Of a stretch of 64,000 nt of DNA, positions 11,302-25,558 are shown piece after piece. Each line of letters begins with the position of its first letter. Within the stretch, counting starts at the first letter, position 1. This DNA is from Escherichia coli (GTDB lineage: Bacteria > Pseudomonadota > Gammaproteobacteria > Enterobacterales > Enterobacteriaceae). Below the pieces are notes generated by a model. It was given only the letters and a program-made list of their open reading frames with translations. It was not told the DNA's origin and did no database searches. Made by a program: the position numbers and the translations under genes. Location of the stretch: NCBI RefSeq assembly GCF_003334315.1, contig NZ_QOWR01000008.1, one strand, 5' to 3'.

Positions 11302-12612
11302 TTAACCCTGCAGCAGAGACAGAACCTGCTGCGGTACCTGGTTGGCTTTTGCCAGTACGGAGTTACCGGCCTGCTGGATAATCTGCGCTTTCGACATGTT
11401 GGACACTTCGGTCGCATAGTCGGCGTCCTGAATACGGGACTGCGCTTCAGACAGGTTGGTAGTGGTGTTGTTCAGGTTGGTGACTGCGGAATCCAGACGG
11501 TTTTGCACCGCACCGAGGGAGGAGCGGAAAGTATCAACCTGTGCAATCGCTTTGTCTAAAAGTGCCAGTGGATCAGCAGAAGAAGCCCCTGAGAACTGTG
11601 CAGTCGGTTTTGCTGTTGATAATTCAACAACAACTTTATTATCTGTTGCTTTTGCCGCAGTATTATCATCAAGTGCCTTTGAAACCGTTGTAGCGTAGTT
11701 TTTACCTTGGAATGTTACATATCCCGCAGCCGAGCCGTCAGAGTCAGCGGCAACTTTAATCAGTTGATCTTTCTGAGTAGCCGCAGTCGTTAGTCCATTA
11801 TCGGTGTCTGTGTATTCGACATCGGCTTTATTCAACGTGACTTTGCCGTCTGTATGATTAATCGACGCGGAGTAGAAATCATTGCCGGATTGAACGACGA
11901 ACTGTGATGTAGCAGCCCCTTTCGCATCCAGAGTGTTGTGTAACGTCAGGCTAGAAACATCGACTGTTTTACCTGTCGCAGTAGTCAGATCTTTCGCAAC
12001 AGCAGTGAAATCAACACCAACAGGTTTTGCCCCGGCGGCACCGGTAATTTGAGTAATGGAATCACTAACGTTAAGTGACTGACCCGAAACGGAGAAACCG
12101 TTCAGTCCTAATGTAGAAGAGTCAATCTTCTGCAAATCAATGCTAATAGTCTGCCCATCATTCGCGCCAACCTGAATCTTCATCGAACCATCTTTCGCCA
12201 GCACATTCACGCCGTTGAACTGGGTCTGACCGGAAACGCGATCAATTTCATCCAGACGGGATTTGATTTCGTCCTGGATTGAAGACAGGTCAGAATCAGA
12301 GTTAGTCCCGGTCGTCGCCTGAACGGTCAACTCACGCACACGCTGCAAGTTGTTGTTGATTTCAGACAGCGCGCCTTCAGTGGTCTGCGCCAGAGAGATA
12401 CCGTCGTTGGCGTTACGTGCGGCCTGAGTCAGACCTTTGATGTTAGAGGTGAAGCGGTTAGCAATCGCCTGGCCCGCAGCGTCATCTTTAGCGCTGTTAA
12501 TGCGCAGACCAGAAGAGAGGCGCTCGATAGAAGTCGACAGCGCAGACTGGTTTTTGTTGATGTTGTTCTGAGTGATCAGCGAGAGGCTGTTGGTATTAAT
12601 GACTTGTGCCAT
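11302..12612 (-). CDS. fliC: Flagellin (436 aa; conserved N/C-terminal D0/D1, divergent central domain)
   Basis: Trimmed to MAQVINTNSLSLITQNNINKNQSALS...; C-terminus ...QVPQQVLSLLQG; central third is Thr/Ser/Ala-rich with no K-12-like sequence. Confidence 0.93.
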   Translation of the reverse strand: MAQVINTNSLSLITQNNINKNQSALSTSIERLSSGLRINSAKDDAAGQAIANRFTSNIKGLTQAARNANDGISLAQTTEGALSEINNNLQRVRELTVQATTGTNSDSDLSSIQDEIKSRLDEIDRVSGQTQFNGVNVLAKDGSMKIQVGANDGQTISIDLQKIDSSTLGLNGFSVSGQSLNVSDSITQITGAAGAKPVGVDFTAVAKDLTTATGKTVDVSSLTLHNTLDAKGAATSQFVVQSGNDFYSASINHTDGKVTLNKADVEYTDTDNGLTTAATQKDQLIKVAADSDGSAAGYVTFQGKNYATTVSKALDDNTAAKATDNKVVVELSTAKPTAQFSGASSADPLALLDKAIAQVDTFRSSLGAVQNRLDSAVTNLNNTTTNLSEAQSRIQDADYATEVSNMSKAQIIQQAGNSVLAKANQVPQQVLSLLQG

Positions 12613-12688
12613 GATTTCTTTTCCTGTTTTCAAGTCTACGGTTTAAGTATTGGGCTTCCACCCTTCGGCTTCGTCGCCGTCAACCCTG

Positions 12689-12715
12689 TTATCGTCTGGT
12701 CACTCACAACCTTTA
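12689..12715 (-). promoter_or_regulatory. sigma-28 (class III) promoter of fliC
   Basis: Minus strand reads TAAA-N15-GACGATAA, one mismatch from TAAA-N15-GCCGATAA. Confidence 0.6.
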
Positions 12716-12788
12716 GAATTTTTTTCTAGCGGTCGAAATACTCCCCTTCCTCGTTGCTGTTCGTGCCATTAAGGCAAAAAATAAATCG

Positions 12789-12815
12789 TAAACTTTACCC
12801 CGCTTACGCCGATAA
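12789..12815 (+). promoter_or_regulatory. sigma-28 (class III) promoter of fliDST
   Basis: Exact TAAA-N15-GCCGATAA about 45 nt upstream of the fliD start. Confidence 0.65.
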
Positions 12816-12859
12816 CCCCGGTATTCGTTCTATACACGTCGCATGATTAAGGAAACTAT

Positions 12860-14275
12860 ATGGCTAGTATTTCAACGCTTGGGGTTGGGTCGGGGCTGAA
12901 CTTAAGCAGCATCCTTGACAGTCTGGAGGCGGCAGAAAAATCTACCCTGACGCCGATATCAAAACAGCAAAGCTCTTACACCGCGAAACTGAGCGCCTAC
13001 GGGACGCTGAAAAGTGCACTAGAGAGTTTCCAGACAGCCAACACAGCACTGAATAAAGCCGATTTATTTACCGCCACCTCAACCACCAGCAGTTCATCGG
13101 CTTTCAGCGCCACCACCACGGGCAGCGCGATTGCTGGGAAATACACCATTAGCGTTAGCCAACTGGCGCAGGCACAGACGCTGACAACAAAAAATAGTCA
13201 AAAAGACAGTAAAGCCGCCATCGCCACCAGCGATAGCGTACTAACCATCCAGCAAGGTGGCGGTAAAGATCCGGTCACGATTGATATCAGCGCGGCTAAC
13301 TCGTCACTTTCCGGCATTCGCGATGCCATTAACAACGCCAAAGCTGGTGTCAGCGCCAGTATCATCCATGTGGGTAACGGCGAGTATCGTCTGTCCATCA
13401 CTGCTAACGATACGGGCAGCGATAACGCTATGAAACTTAGCGTCAGCGGCGACAGCGCCCTGGAAAGTTTTATGGGTTACAACGGAACGTCGGGTGATAG
13501 CAGCAATGGCATGATTGAAAGCGTCACTGCGCAAAACGCCAAACTGACAGTCAATAACGTTGAGATTGAAAACAGCAGTAACACTATCAGCGACGCGCTG
13601 GAAGATATCACCCTCAACCTGAATGACGTCACCACCGGTAATCAGACACTGACCATCAGTAAAGACACATCCAAAGCTGAAAATGCGGTTAAAACGTGGG
13701 TGGATGCCTATAACTCATTGCAGGATACGTTCAGCAGCTTAACCAAATACACCGCTGTCGATGCCGGAGCAGAGAGTCAGGACTCCAGCAATGGCGCATT
13801 ACTCGGTGACTCCACACTGCGTACCATCCAGACTCAGCTTAAAACCTTGCTCGCCAATACTCACAGCAGTTCAAACTATAAAACGCTGGCACAGATTGGC
13901 ATTACCAGCGATGCCAGTACCGGCAAGCTGGAAATCGCGACCGACAAACTGCAAACGGCGCTAAAAAAAGATGCCGCTGGCATCAGTGAAATGTTTATAG
14001 GTGACGGTAAAAGTACAGGGGTAACCACCGGCATTAGTAGCAACCTAACCAGTTGGCTCTCTTCCACCGGGATAATCCAGGCCGCAAAAGATGGCGTCAG
14101 CAAAACGCTGAATAATTTGACCGACCAGTACAACGCAGCCAGTGAGCGTATCGATACCTTAATGACGCGCTATAAAGCCCAGTTCACCCAATTAGATGTG
14201 TTAATGAACTCGCTTAACTCCACCAGTAGCTATCTGACACAGCAATTCGACACCTCAAATAGCAACTCGAAATAA
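12860..14275 (+). CDS. fliD: Flagellar filament capping protein (hook-associated protein 2)
   Basis: 471-aa ORF MASISTLGVGSGLNLSSILDSLEAAEK... with conserved termini. Confidence 0.93.
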   Translation: MASISTLGVGSGLNLSSILDSLEAAEKSTLTPISKQQSSYTAKLSAYGTLKSALESFQTANTALNKADLFTATSTTSSSSAFSATTTGSAIAGKYTISVSQLAQAQTLTTKNSQKDSKAAIATSDSVLTIQQGGGKDPVTIDISAANSSLSGIRDAINNAKAGVSASIIHVGNGEYRLSITANDTGSDNAMKLSVSGDSALESFMGYNGTSGDSSNGMIESVTAQNAKLTVNNVEIENSSNTISDALEDITLNLNDVTTGNQTLTISKDTSKAENAVKTWVDAYNSLQDTFSSLTKYTAVDAGAESQDSSNGALLGDSTLRTIQTQLKTLLANTHSSSNYKTLAQIGITSDASTGKLEIATDKLQTALKKDAAGISEMFIGDGKSTGVTTGISSNLTSWLSSTGIIQAAKDGVSKTLNNLTDQYNAASERIDTLMTRYKAQFTQLDVLMNSLNSTSSYLTQQFDTSNSNSK

Positions 14276-14290
14276 TCTTCAGGAGAAACT

Positions 14291-14701
14291 ATGTACGCGG
14301 CAAAAGGCACCCAGGCCTATGCACAAATTGGCGTCGAAAGCGCCGTAATGAGCGCCAGCCAACAGCAGCTGGTCACCATGCTATTTGATGGAGTGCTGAG
14401 CGCACTGGTTAGAGCGCGCCTGTTTATGCAGGACAACAATCAGCAAGGCAAAGGCGTCTCTTTATCAAAAGCGATCAACATCATTGAGAACGGGCTGCGG
14501 GTGAGTCTTGATGAAGAGAGCAAAGACGAATTAACCCAAAACTTGATTGCTCTTTATAGCTATATGGTCAGGCGTTTGCTGCAAGCCAATTTACGCAACG
14601 ATGTCTCCGCAGTCGAAGAAGTGGAAGCATTAATGCGCAATATTGCCGATGCCTGGAAAGAGTCTTTACTCTCCCCTTCTTTGATTCAGGACCCAGTCTG
14701 A
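14291..14701 (+). CDS. fliS: Flagellin-specific export chaperone
   Basis: 136-aa [37 protein letters not shown]... Confidence 0.93.
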   Translation: MYAAKGTQAYAQIGVESAVMSASQQQLVTMLFDGVLSALVRARLFMQDNNQQGKGVSLSKAINIIENGLRVSLDEESKDELTQNLIALYSYMVRRLLQANLRNDVSAVEEVEALMRNIADAWKESLLSPSLIQDPV

Positions 14702-15066
14702 TGAACGACGCACCGCATTTGTATTTCGCCTGGCAACAACTCGTCGAAAAAAGCCAGCTCATGTTACGCCTGGCAACGGAAGAACAATGGGACGAACTCA
14801 TCGCCAGCGAAATGGCGTATGTGAATGCGGTGCAGGAGATTGCACATCTGACTGAAGAGATTGACCCGTCCATCACGATGCAGGAGCAGCTCCGCCCGAT
14901 GCTGCGCCTGATTCTCGACAACGAAAGCAAGGTAAAGCAGTTATTACAGATTCGGATGGATGAACTGGCGAAACTGGTCGGTCAGTCATCGGTGCAAAAA
15001 TCGGTGTTAAGTGCCTATGGCGATCAGGGCGGCTTTGTGCTGGCTCCGCAGGATAACCTCTTTTGA
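14701..15066 (+). CDS. fliT: FliD export chaperone / anti-FlhDC factor
   Basis: 121-aa ORF; start overlaps fliS stop (translational coupling). Confidence 0.92.
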   Translation: MNDAPHLYFAWQQLVEKSQLMLRLATEEQWDELIASEMAYVNAVQEIAHLTEEIDPSITMQEQLRPMLRLILDNESKVKQLLQIRMDELAKLVGQSSVQKSVLSAYGDQGGFVLAPQDNLF

Positions 15067-15143
15067 ATCTGAATGAGTCGATGGCTCGCGAATAATCCGA
15101 TTACGGCTACGCTTCTAATGTTCCCCTTGAATGGAGTCGAAGA

Positions 15144-16631
15144 ATGCGTAATCCCACGCTGTTACAATGTTTTCACTGGTATTACCCGGAAGGCGGTAAG
15201 CTCTGGCCTGAACTGGCCGAGCGCGCCGACGGTTTTAATGATATTGGTATCAATATGGTCTGGTTGCCGCCCGCCTATAAAGGCGCATCGGGCGGGTATT
15301 CGGTCGGCTACGACTCCTATGATTTATTTGATTTAGGCGAGTTTGATCAGAAAGGCAGCATCCCTACTAAATATGGCGTTAAAGCACAACTGCTGGCCGC
15401 CATTGACGCCCTGAAACGTAATGACATTGCGGTGCTGTTGGACGTGGTAGTCAACCACAAAATGGGCGCGGATGAAAAAGAAGCTATTCGCGTGCAGCGT
15501 GTAAATGCTGATGACCGTACGCAAATTGACGAAGAAATCATTGAGTGTGAAGGCTGGACGCGTTACACCTTCCCCGCCCGTGCCGGGCAATACTCGCAGT
15601 TTATCTGGGATTTCAAATGTTTTAGCGGTATCGACCATATCGAAAACCCTGATGAAGATGGCATATTTAAAATTGTTAACGACTACACCGGCGAAGGCTG
15701 GAACGATCAGGTTGATGATGAATTAGGTAATTTCGATTATCTGATGGGTGAGAATATCGATTTTCGCAATCATGCCGTGACGGAAGAGATTAAATACTGG
15801 GCGCGCTGGGTGATGGAACAAACGCAATGCGACGGTTTTCGTCTTGATGCGGTCAAACATATTCCGGCGTGGTTTTATAAAGAGTGGATCGAACACGTAC
15901 AGGAAGTTGCGCCAAAGCCGCTGTTTATTGTGGCAGAGTACTGGTCACATGAAGTCGATAAACTGCAAACGTATATTGATCAGGTGGAAGGCAAAACCAT
16001 GCTGTTCGATGCGCCGCTGCAGATGAAATTCCATGAAGCATCGCGCATGGGGCGCGACTACGACATGACGCAGATTTTCACGGGTACATTAGTGGAAGCC
16101 GATCCTTTCCACGCCGTAACCCTCGTTGCCAACCACGACACCCAACCGTTGCAAGCCCTCGAAGCCCCCGTCGAACCGTGGTTTAAACCGCTGGCGTATG
16201 CCTTAATTTTGTTGCGGGAAAATGGCGTTCCTTCGGTGTTCTATCCGGACCTCTACGGTGCGCATTACGAAGATGTCGGCGGTGACGGGCAAACCTATCC
16301 GATAGATATGCCAATAATCGAACAGCTTGATGAGTTAATTCTCGCCCGTCAGCGTTTCGCCCACGGTGTACAGACGTTATTTTTCGACCATCCGAACTGC
16401 ATTGCCTTTAGCCGCAGTGGCACTGACGAATATCCTGGCTGCGTGGTGGTCATGTCGAACGGGGATGATGGCGAAAAAACCATTCATCTGGGAGAGAATT
16501 ACGGCAATAAAACCTGGCGTGATTTTCTGGGGAACCGGCAAGAGAGCGTAGTGACCGACGAAAACGGCGAAGCAACCTTCTTTTGCAACGGCGGCAGCGT
16601 CAGCGTGTGGGTTATCGAAGAGGTGATTTAA
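15144..16631 (+). CDS. amyA: Cytoplasmic alpha-amylase (GH13)
   Basis: 495-aa ORF with GH13 motifs ([24 protein letters not shown]); no signal peptide. Confidence 0.93.
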   Translation: MRNPTLLQCFHWYYPEGGKLWPELAERADGFNDIGINMVWLPPAYKGASGGYSVGYDSYDLFDLGEFDQKGSIPTKYGVKAQLLAAIDALKRNDIAVLLDVVVNHKMGADEKEAIRVQRVNADDRTQIDEEIIECEGWTRYTFPARAGQYSQFIWDFKCFSGIDHIENPDEDGIFKIVNDYTGEGWNDQVDDELGNFDYLMGENIDFRNHAVTEEIKYWARWVMEQTQCDGFRLDAVKHIPAWFYKEWIEHVQEVAPKPLFIVAEYWSHEVDKLQTYIDQVEGKTMLFDAPLQMKFHEASRMGRDYDMTQIFTGTLVEADPFHAVTLVANHDTQPLQALEAPVEPWFKPLAYALILLRENGVPSVFYPDLYGAHYEDVGGDGQTYPIDMPIIEQLDELILARQRFAHGVQTLFFDHPNCIAFSRSGTDEYPGCVVVMSNGDDGEKTIHLGENYGNKTWRDFLGNRQESVVTDENGEATFFCNGGSVSVWVIEEVI

Positions 16632-16636
16632 ATTCA

Positions 16637-16663
16637 TCCCCGGCGGCAAGCCGGGGAGATTTC
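16637..16663. terminator. Hairpin between convergent amyA and yedD
   Basis: Stem ccccggc / gccgggg with ggcaa loop; flanking tracts only moderately U-rich. Confidence 0.4.
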
Positions 16664-16664
16664 A

Positions 16665-17081
16665 TTACGGCAGTGGCGTCGGTAACGGCGCTTTATCCAG
16701 CGCGGCGGCACACTCTGCCGTCGGGCGATCCACACGCTCCATCGTCATACCATCGTACTCAATGGTGTTACCGTCACGCTCAACCTCGTACAGCTCACGT
16801 TTTACGGTAACGTTAGTGAGATCATCAGACATCAATGTCAACTTACCCGGCACAGCAATCACCCGCTGCCACTGACGGCAATCCAGAGTATCGCCCTCTT
16901 TAGTGACAATCAGGCTGCCTATCGCTTCCGGACTGACCAGCGCACGTTGCGGCCCTTTGGTCTGCCAGTAGCCCGCCAGCCAGTCCGGCGCGGGGGTTTT
17001 CACGACATTGTTATAGTTTTCGACTTCGGCACAGCCCGCCAGCAACATGAGCGCGCCTGCAATTGCGAGTTTTTTCATCAT
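16665..17081 (-). CDS. yedD: Lipoprotein YedD
   Basis: 138-aa ORF with lipoprotein signal MMKKLAIAGALMLLAGC. Confidence 0.88.
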   Translation of the reverse strand: MMKKLAIAGALMLLAGCAEVENYNNVVKTPAPDWLAGYWQTKGPQRALVSPEAIGSLIVTKEGDTLDCRQWQRVIAVPGKLTLMSDDLTNVTVKRELYEVERDGNTIEYDGMTMERVDRPTAECAAALDKAPLPTPLP

Positions 17082-17264
17082 TCGTCCTGCATGAGAAGAA
17101 AAGAGGATTGTGGCATTAAAGCCCTGATGTCGCCAGCCTTTCCAGGTTCAGAGAGAAATTTGATCTAACTATTATTTTTGTGAATTATTACCCCGAAAAT
17201 AAATGTGCATGATGTATGATTCGCGACTCTTGTTTCAAACCTTCTGAGTTCAGAGGCTACATTC

Positions 17265-18470
17265 ATGTCATGGCAGCAATTCAAACACGCCTGGTTGATT
17301 AAATTCTGGGCACCCATCCCTGCGGTCATCGCGGCGGGTATTCTCTCCACTTACTATTTTGGCATTACTGGCACCTTTTGGGCTGTCACGGGTGAATTTA
17401 CCCGTTGGGGCGGTCAGCTCCTGCAGCTGTTTGGCGTCCATGCTGAAGAGTGGGGTTACTTTAAAATTATCCATCTGGAAGGATCGCCATTAACCCGCAT
17501 CGACGGGATGATGATCCTCGGTATGTTTGGCGGCTGCTTTGCCGCAGCGCTGTGGGCCAACAATGTCAAACTGCGCATGCCACGCAGCCGTATCCGCATT
17601 ATGCAGGCCATCATTGGCGGCATTATCGCTGGTTTTGGCGCGCGTCTGGCAATGGGCTGTAACCTGGCAGCGTTCTTTACCGGTATTCCTCAGTTCTCGC
17701 TGCATGCCTGGTTCTTTGCCATCGCCACTGCCATTGGTTCATGGTTTGGCGCGCGCTTTACCCTGCTGCCCATCTTCCGTATTCCCGTGAAAATGCAGAA
17801 AGTTTCTGCCGCCTCACCGCTGACGCAAAAACCGGATCAGGCGCGGCGTCGTTTTCGTCTCGGGATGCTGGTCTTTTTCGGTATGCTGGGCTGGGCGCTG
17901 CTCACGGCGATGAACCAACCAAAACTGGGGCTGGCAATGCTGTTTGGCGTCGGCTTTGGTTTACTGATTGAACGTGCGCAAATCTGCTTTACTTCGGCGT
18001 TCCGCGATATGTGGATCACCGGACGTACCCATATGGCGAAAGCAATCATTATCGGTATGGCGGTGAGTGCCATCGGGATCTTCAGTTACGTACAGTTAGG
18101 CGTTGAACCCAAAATCATGTGGGCGGGACCAAACGCGGTAATTGGTGGTTTACTGTTTGGTTTTGGCATCGTGCTGGCAGGCGGCTGCGAAACCGGCTGG
18201 ATGTACCGCGCGGTAGAAGGCCAGGTGCACTACTGGTGGGTCGGTCTGGGCAATGTGATCGGCTCGACGATTCTGGCGTATTACTGGGATGATTTCGCTC
18301 CGGCGCTGGCCACCGACTGGGACAAAATCAACCTGCTGAAAACCTTTGGCCCGATGGGTGGCCTGCTGGTGACATATTTGCTGTTGTTTACTGCGCTGAT
18401 GTTGATTATCGGCTGGGAAAAACGCTTCTTCCGCCGTGCGGCACCGCAGACTGCTAAGGAGATCGCATGA
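17265..18470 (+). CDS. yedE: YeeE/YedE-family inner-membrane transporter (selenium/sulfur-compound transport family)
   Basis: 401-aa polytopic membrane ORF with internally duplicated GxCxxG-like motifs (AMGCNLAAFFTGIP, LAGGCETGWMY). Confidence 0.9.
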   Translation: MSWQQFKHAWLIKFWAPIPAVIAAGILSTYYFGITGTFWAVTGEFTRWGGQLLQLFGVHAEEWGYFKIIHLEGSPLTRIDGMMILGMFGGCFAAALWANNVKLRMPRSRIRIMQAIIGGIIAGFGARLAMGCNLAAFFTGIPQFSLHAWFFAIATAIGSWFGARFTLLPIFRIPVKMQKVSAASPLTQKPDQARRRFRLGMLVFFGMLGWALLTAMNQPKLGLAMLFGVGFGLLIERAQICFTSAFRDMWITGRTHMAKAIIIGMAVSAIGIFSYVQLGVEPKIMWAGPNAVIGGLLFGFGIVLAGGCETGWMYRAVEGQVHYWWVGLGNVIGSTILAYYWDDFAPALATDWDKINLLKTFGPMGGLLVTYLLLFTALMLIIGWEKRFFRRAAPQTAKEIA

Positions 18471-18700
18471 AAAATATCGTTCCTGATTACCGCCTTGATA
18501 TGGTGGGTGAACCCTGCCCTTATCCGGCAGTCGCAACTCTTGAGGCGATGCCGCAGTTAAAAAAAGGGGAAATCCTGGAAGTGGTGAGCGACTGTCCACA
18601 GTCGATCAATAATATCCCACTGGATGCGCGTAATCACGGCTATACGGTGCTGGATATTCAGCAAGACGGGCCGACCATTCGTTATTTAATTCAGAAGTAA
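18467..18700 (+). CDS. yedF: TusA-like sulfurtransferase-fold protein
   Basis: 77-aa ORF with TusA CPxP motif (GEPCPYPAV); 4-nt overlap with yedE. Confidence 0.92.
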   Translation: MKNIVPDYRLDMVGEPCPYPAVATLEAMPQLKKGEILEVVSDCPQSINNIPLDARNHGYTVLDIQQDGPTIRYLIQK

Positions 18701-18806
18701 TCCCTCATTCCCGCTGTGGCCCACTGCGGGAACATCGTTGCCTCTGACACATAGATTTTACCCACCCCCTCTCCTATTCTTTTCAGTATGATCTCAGGAG
18801 GTTTCT

Positions 18807-19475
18807 ATGTGTGGACGCTTTGCCCAATCCCAAACGCGTGAAGATTACCTTGCGCTTCTCGCGGAAGATATTGAACGCGATATTCCCTACGATCCCGAAC
18901 CCATTGGCAGATACAACGTCGCGCCGGGAACCAAAGTTCTTCTGCTCAGTGAACGTGATGAACACCTTCATCTGGATCCGGTTTTCTGGGGATATGCTCC
19001 CGGATGGTGGGATAAACCGCCGCTGATTAACGCCCGCGTAGAAACTGCGGCCACCAGTCGTATGTTTAAACCGCTCTGGCAACATGGTCGGGCAATCTGT
19101 TTTGCCGATGGCTGGTTTGAGTGGAAAAAAGAAGGCGACAAAAAACAGCCTTATTTTATCTATCGCGCTGATGGACAACCTGTTTTTATGGCCGCGATAG
19201 GTAGCACACCGTTTGAGCGCGGTGACGAAGCCGAAGGATTTTTAATTGTCACTGCAGCAGCAGACCAGGGTCTGGTATATATTCATGACCGCCGCCCGCT
19301 GGTTCTGTCGCCAGAAGCTGCACAGGAATGGATGCGGCAAGAGATTGGCGGTAAAGAAGCATCAGAAATTGCTACCAACGGCTGTGTGCCAGCAAACCAG
19401 TTCACCTGGCACCCGGTATCGCGCGCGGTAGGTAATGTCAAAAACCAGGGCGCGGAGTTAATTCAACCTATCTGA
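18807..19475 (+). CDS. yedK: SRAP-domain abasic-site processing protein (DNA-protein crosslink former)
   Basis: 222-aa ORF starting MCGRFAQSQ... with catalytic Cys2 typical of the SRAP/HMCES family. Confidence 0.92.
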   Translation: MCGRFAQSQTREDYLALLAEDIERDIPYDPEPIGRYNVAPGTKVLLLSERDEHLHLDPVFWGYAPGWWDKPPLINARVETAATSRMFKPLWQHGRAICFADGWFEWKKEGDKKQPYFIYRADGQPVFMAAIGSTPFERGDEAEGFLIVTAAADQGLVYIHDRRPLVLSPEAAQEWMRQEIGGKEASEIATNGCVPANQFTWHPVSRAVGNVKNQGAELIQPI

Positions 19476-19868
19476 TAAGCCTGGAGATTATTGATCAACA
19501 ATACTGCGTCATAAGAAATCTCTATTAGACAAAGTAGACGCTCCTTCCACATGCGCCACAAGAAACCTCTATTCCAGTGACACAATTACGCCTGATTATT
19601 TCCCTAGCCCGGAATATGAATAAAAACATCAACAAAGATTAAATTATTCAAACGTTACTGTTGCGTCTGCGGTCGTAGCAACATCCGACGTGGTGATGAG
19701 TGTTAAAAGAGACACTCTGATGTTCAGAGGGGTTATCGCGTTTACGGATCGTGGATGGCAGAAAACTTTCAGGATCAGGTATCCATTTTAAACCAGAAAT
19801 AGGGTGAGTTTGCCCCATCCATGCCCCACGCGGGCAGATGGGATGTAATTACCAACAGGTTACAAAAC

Positions 19869-20183
19869 CTACACCTGCATGGACATCACTTCCTGATACG
19901 CCGCCACCAGCTTATTACGCACCTGAATCCCCATTTGCATAGAAACTGAGGCTTTTTGCATATCGGTCATCACATCGTTTAACGCCACGCCGGGTTCACC
20001 GAGGGTGAATTTTTCTGCCTGCGTGCGGGCGGCTGTTTGTGTATCGCTTATGCGATCGAGCGCGGCGTGCAGCTGCCCGGTAAAACTAATGGTCGGTTGT
20101 GGCAGTGATTCCTGTGCACGCGCACTCATCGCCGTAGCCTGTAACTGGCTGATAACCCCTTCAATCCCCTGTATCGCTGACAT
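19869..20183 (-). CDS. fliE: Flagellar hook-basal body complex protein FliE
   Basis: Trimmed to [24 protein letters not shown]... (104 aa). Confidence 0.92.
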   Translation of the reverse strand: MSAIQGIEGVISQLQATAMSARAQESLPQPTISFTGQLHAALDRISDTQTAARTQAEKFTLGEPGVALNDVMTDMQKASVSMQMGIQVRNKLVAAYQEVMSMQV

Positions 20184-20397
20184 TTTCGTCTCCCGGATAA
20201 TTTCTGGTAGCAAAGCCTACCAGTAAGTCAATAAGACAAAGGCGCTAAATAGCAACAAAAAAACGGGTTTATTGGCGGATAGAAAAAAACGAAAGCACAA
20301 ATAATGGGAGCGTCAATTTTTCGAGTTTGCTGACCCGGGAGTGAGTCTTGTTCCACTTTGCCAATAACGCCGTCCATAATCAGCCACGAGGTGCGCG

Positions 20398-23722
<3,325 letters not shown>

Positions 23723-23723
<1 letters not shown>

Positions 23724-25096
23724 TGACCACGTGCCTGACTCGCTGGCTAACCACGCTGGATAACTTTGAAGCCAAAATGGCGCAGTTGCCTGCGGTACGT
23801 CGCTACGGGCGATTAACCCGCGCTACCGGGCTGGTGCTGGAAGCCACCGGATTACAATTGCCGCTCGGCGCAACCTGTGTGATTGAGCGCCAGAACGGCA
23901 CTGAAACGCACGAAGTAGAAAGCGAAGTCGTTGGCTTTAACGGTCAACGGCTGTTTTTAATGCCGCTGGAGGAAGTCGAAGGTGTCCTGCCCGGCGCGCG
24001 TGTTTATGCCAAAAACATTTCGGCAGAAGGGCTGCAAAGCGGCAAACAGTTGCCGCTCGGTCCGGCGTTATTAGGTCGCGTTCTGGACGGCAGCGGTAAA
24101 CCGCTCGATGGCCTCCCCTCCCCCGATACGACGGAAACCGGTGCGCTGATTACCCCACCATTTAACCCATTGCAACGTACACCGATTGAACATGTGCTGG
24201 ACACTGGCGTGCGCCCAATCAATGCCCTGCTTACCGTTGGGCGTGGGCAGCGTATGGGGCTGTTTGCCGGGTCCGGCGTTGGTAAAAGTGTGCTGCTGGG
24301 GATGATGGCCCGTTACACCCGCGCCGATGTCATTGTCGTGGGTTTGATTGGTGAACGAGGGCGCGAAGTAAAAGATTTTATTGAGAATATCCTCGGTGCC
24401 GAAGGGCGTGCACGCTCAGTAGTGATTGCCGCTCCGGCGGATGTTTCTCCGCTCCTGCGAATGCAGGGTGCCGCCTATGCCACGCGCATTGCCGAAGATT
24501 TTCGCGATCGTGGTCAGCATGTATTGCTGATTATGGACTCCCTCACCCGCTACGCGATGGCCCAGCGTGAAATTGCGCTGGCGATTGGCGAACCACCCGC
24601 CACTAAAGGTTATCCCCCGTCGGTGTTTGCCAAATTACCGGCACTGGTCGAGCGTGCCGGAAATGGCATTAGCGGCGGCGGATCGATTACTGCATTTTAT
24701 ACCGTGCTCACTGAAGGCGATGACCAGCAGGACCCCATTGCCGACTCTGCGCGGGCAATCCTCGACGGTCACATTGTGCTGTCTCGCCGACTGGCGGAAG
24801 CCGGGCACTATCCGGCTATCGATATTGAAGCGTCGATCAGCCGCGCAATGACGGCGTTGATCAGTGAGCAACATTACGCGCGAGTGCGCACCTTCAAACA
24901 GCTGTTGTCGAGTTTTCAGCGTAACCGCGATCTGGTTAGCGTCGGCGCGTATGCCAAAGGCAGCGATCCGATGCTCGACAAAGCCATCGCCCTGTGGCCG
25001 CAGCTGGAGGGCTATTTGCAACAAGGCATTTTTGAACGCGCGGACTGGGAAGCGTCTCTCCAGGGGCTGGAGCGTATTTTCCCGACAGTGTCATAA
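23723..25096 (+). CDS. fliI: Flagellum-specific ATP synthase (type III export ATPase)
   Basis: 457-aa ORF with Walker A GSGVGKS and F1/V1-ATPase-like fold motifs. Confidence 0.95.
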
Positions 25097-25114
25097 CCCA
25101 GGAGATAACGGCAG

Positions 25115-25558
25115 ATGGCAGAACATGGCGCGCTGGCGACCCTGAAAGATCTGGCAGAAAAAGAGGTAGAGGATGCCGCGCGCCTGCTGGGTGAAATGCG
25201 TCGCGGGTGTCAGCAGGCGGAAGAACAGCTCAAAATGCTGATCGATTATCAGAATGAATATCGCAATAACCTCAATAGCGATATGAGTGCCGGGATGACC
25301 AGCAACCGCTGGATCAACTATCAGCAGTTTATCCAGACGCTGGAAAAAGCCATTACTCAGCATCGCCAGCAACTTAATCAGTGGACGCAGAAAGTTGACA
25401 TTGCCCTGAACAGCTGGCGAGAAAAGAAACAACGTTTGCAGGCCTGGCAGACACTGCAGGAACGGCAATCCACGGCGGCACTGCTTGCAGAAAACCGCCT
25501 CGATCAGAAAAAGATGGATGAGTTCGCCCAGCGCGCCGCCATGAGGAAACCTGAATGA
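25115..25558 (+). CDS. fliJ: Flagellar export protein FliJ
   Basis: 147-aa coiled-coil ORF. Confidence 0.93.
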   Translation: MAEHGALATLKDLAEKEVEDAARLLGEMRRGCQQAEEQLKMLIDYQNEYRNNLNSDMSAGMTSNRWINYQQFIQTLEKAITQHRQQLNQWTQKVDIALNSWREKKQRLQAWQTLQERQSTAALLAENRLDQKKMDEFAQRAAMRKPE

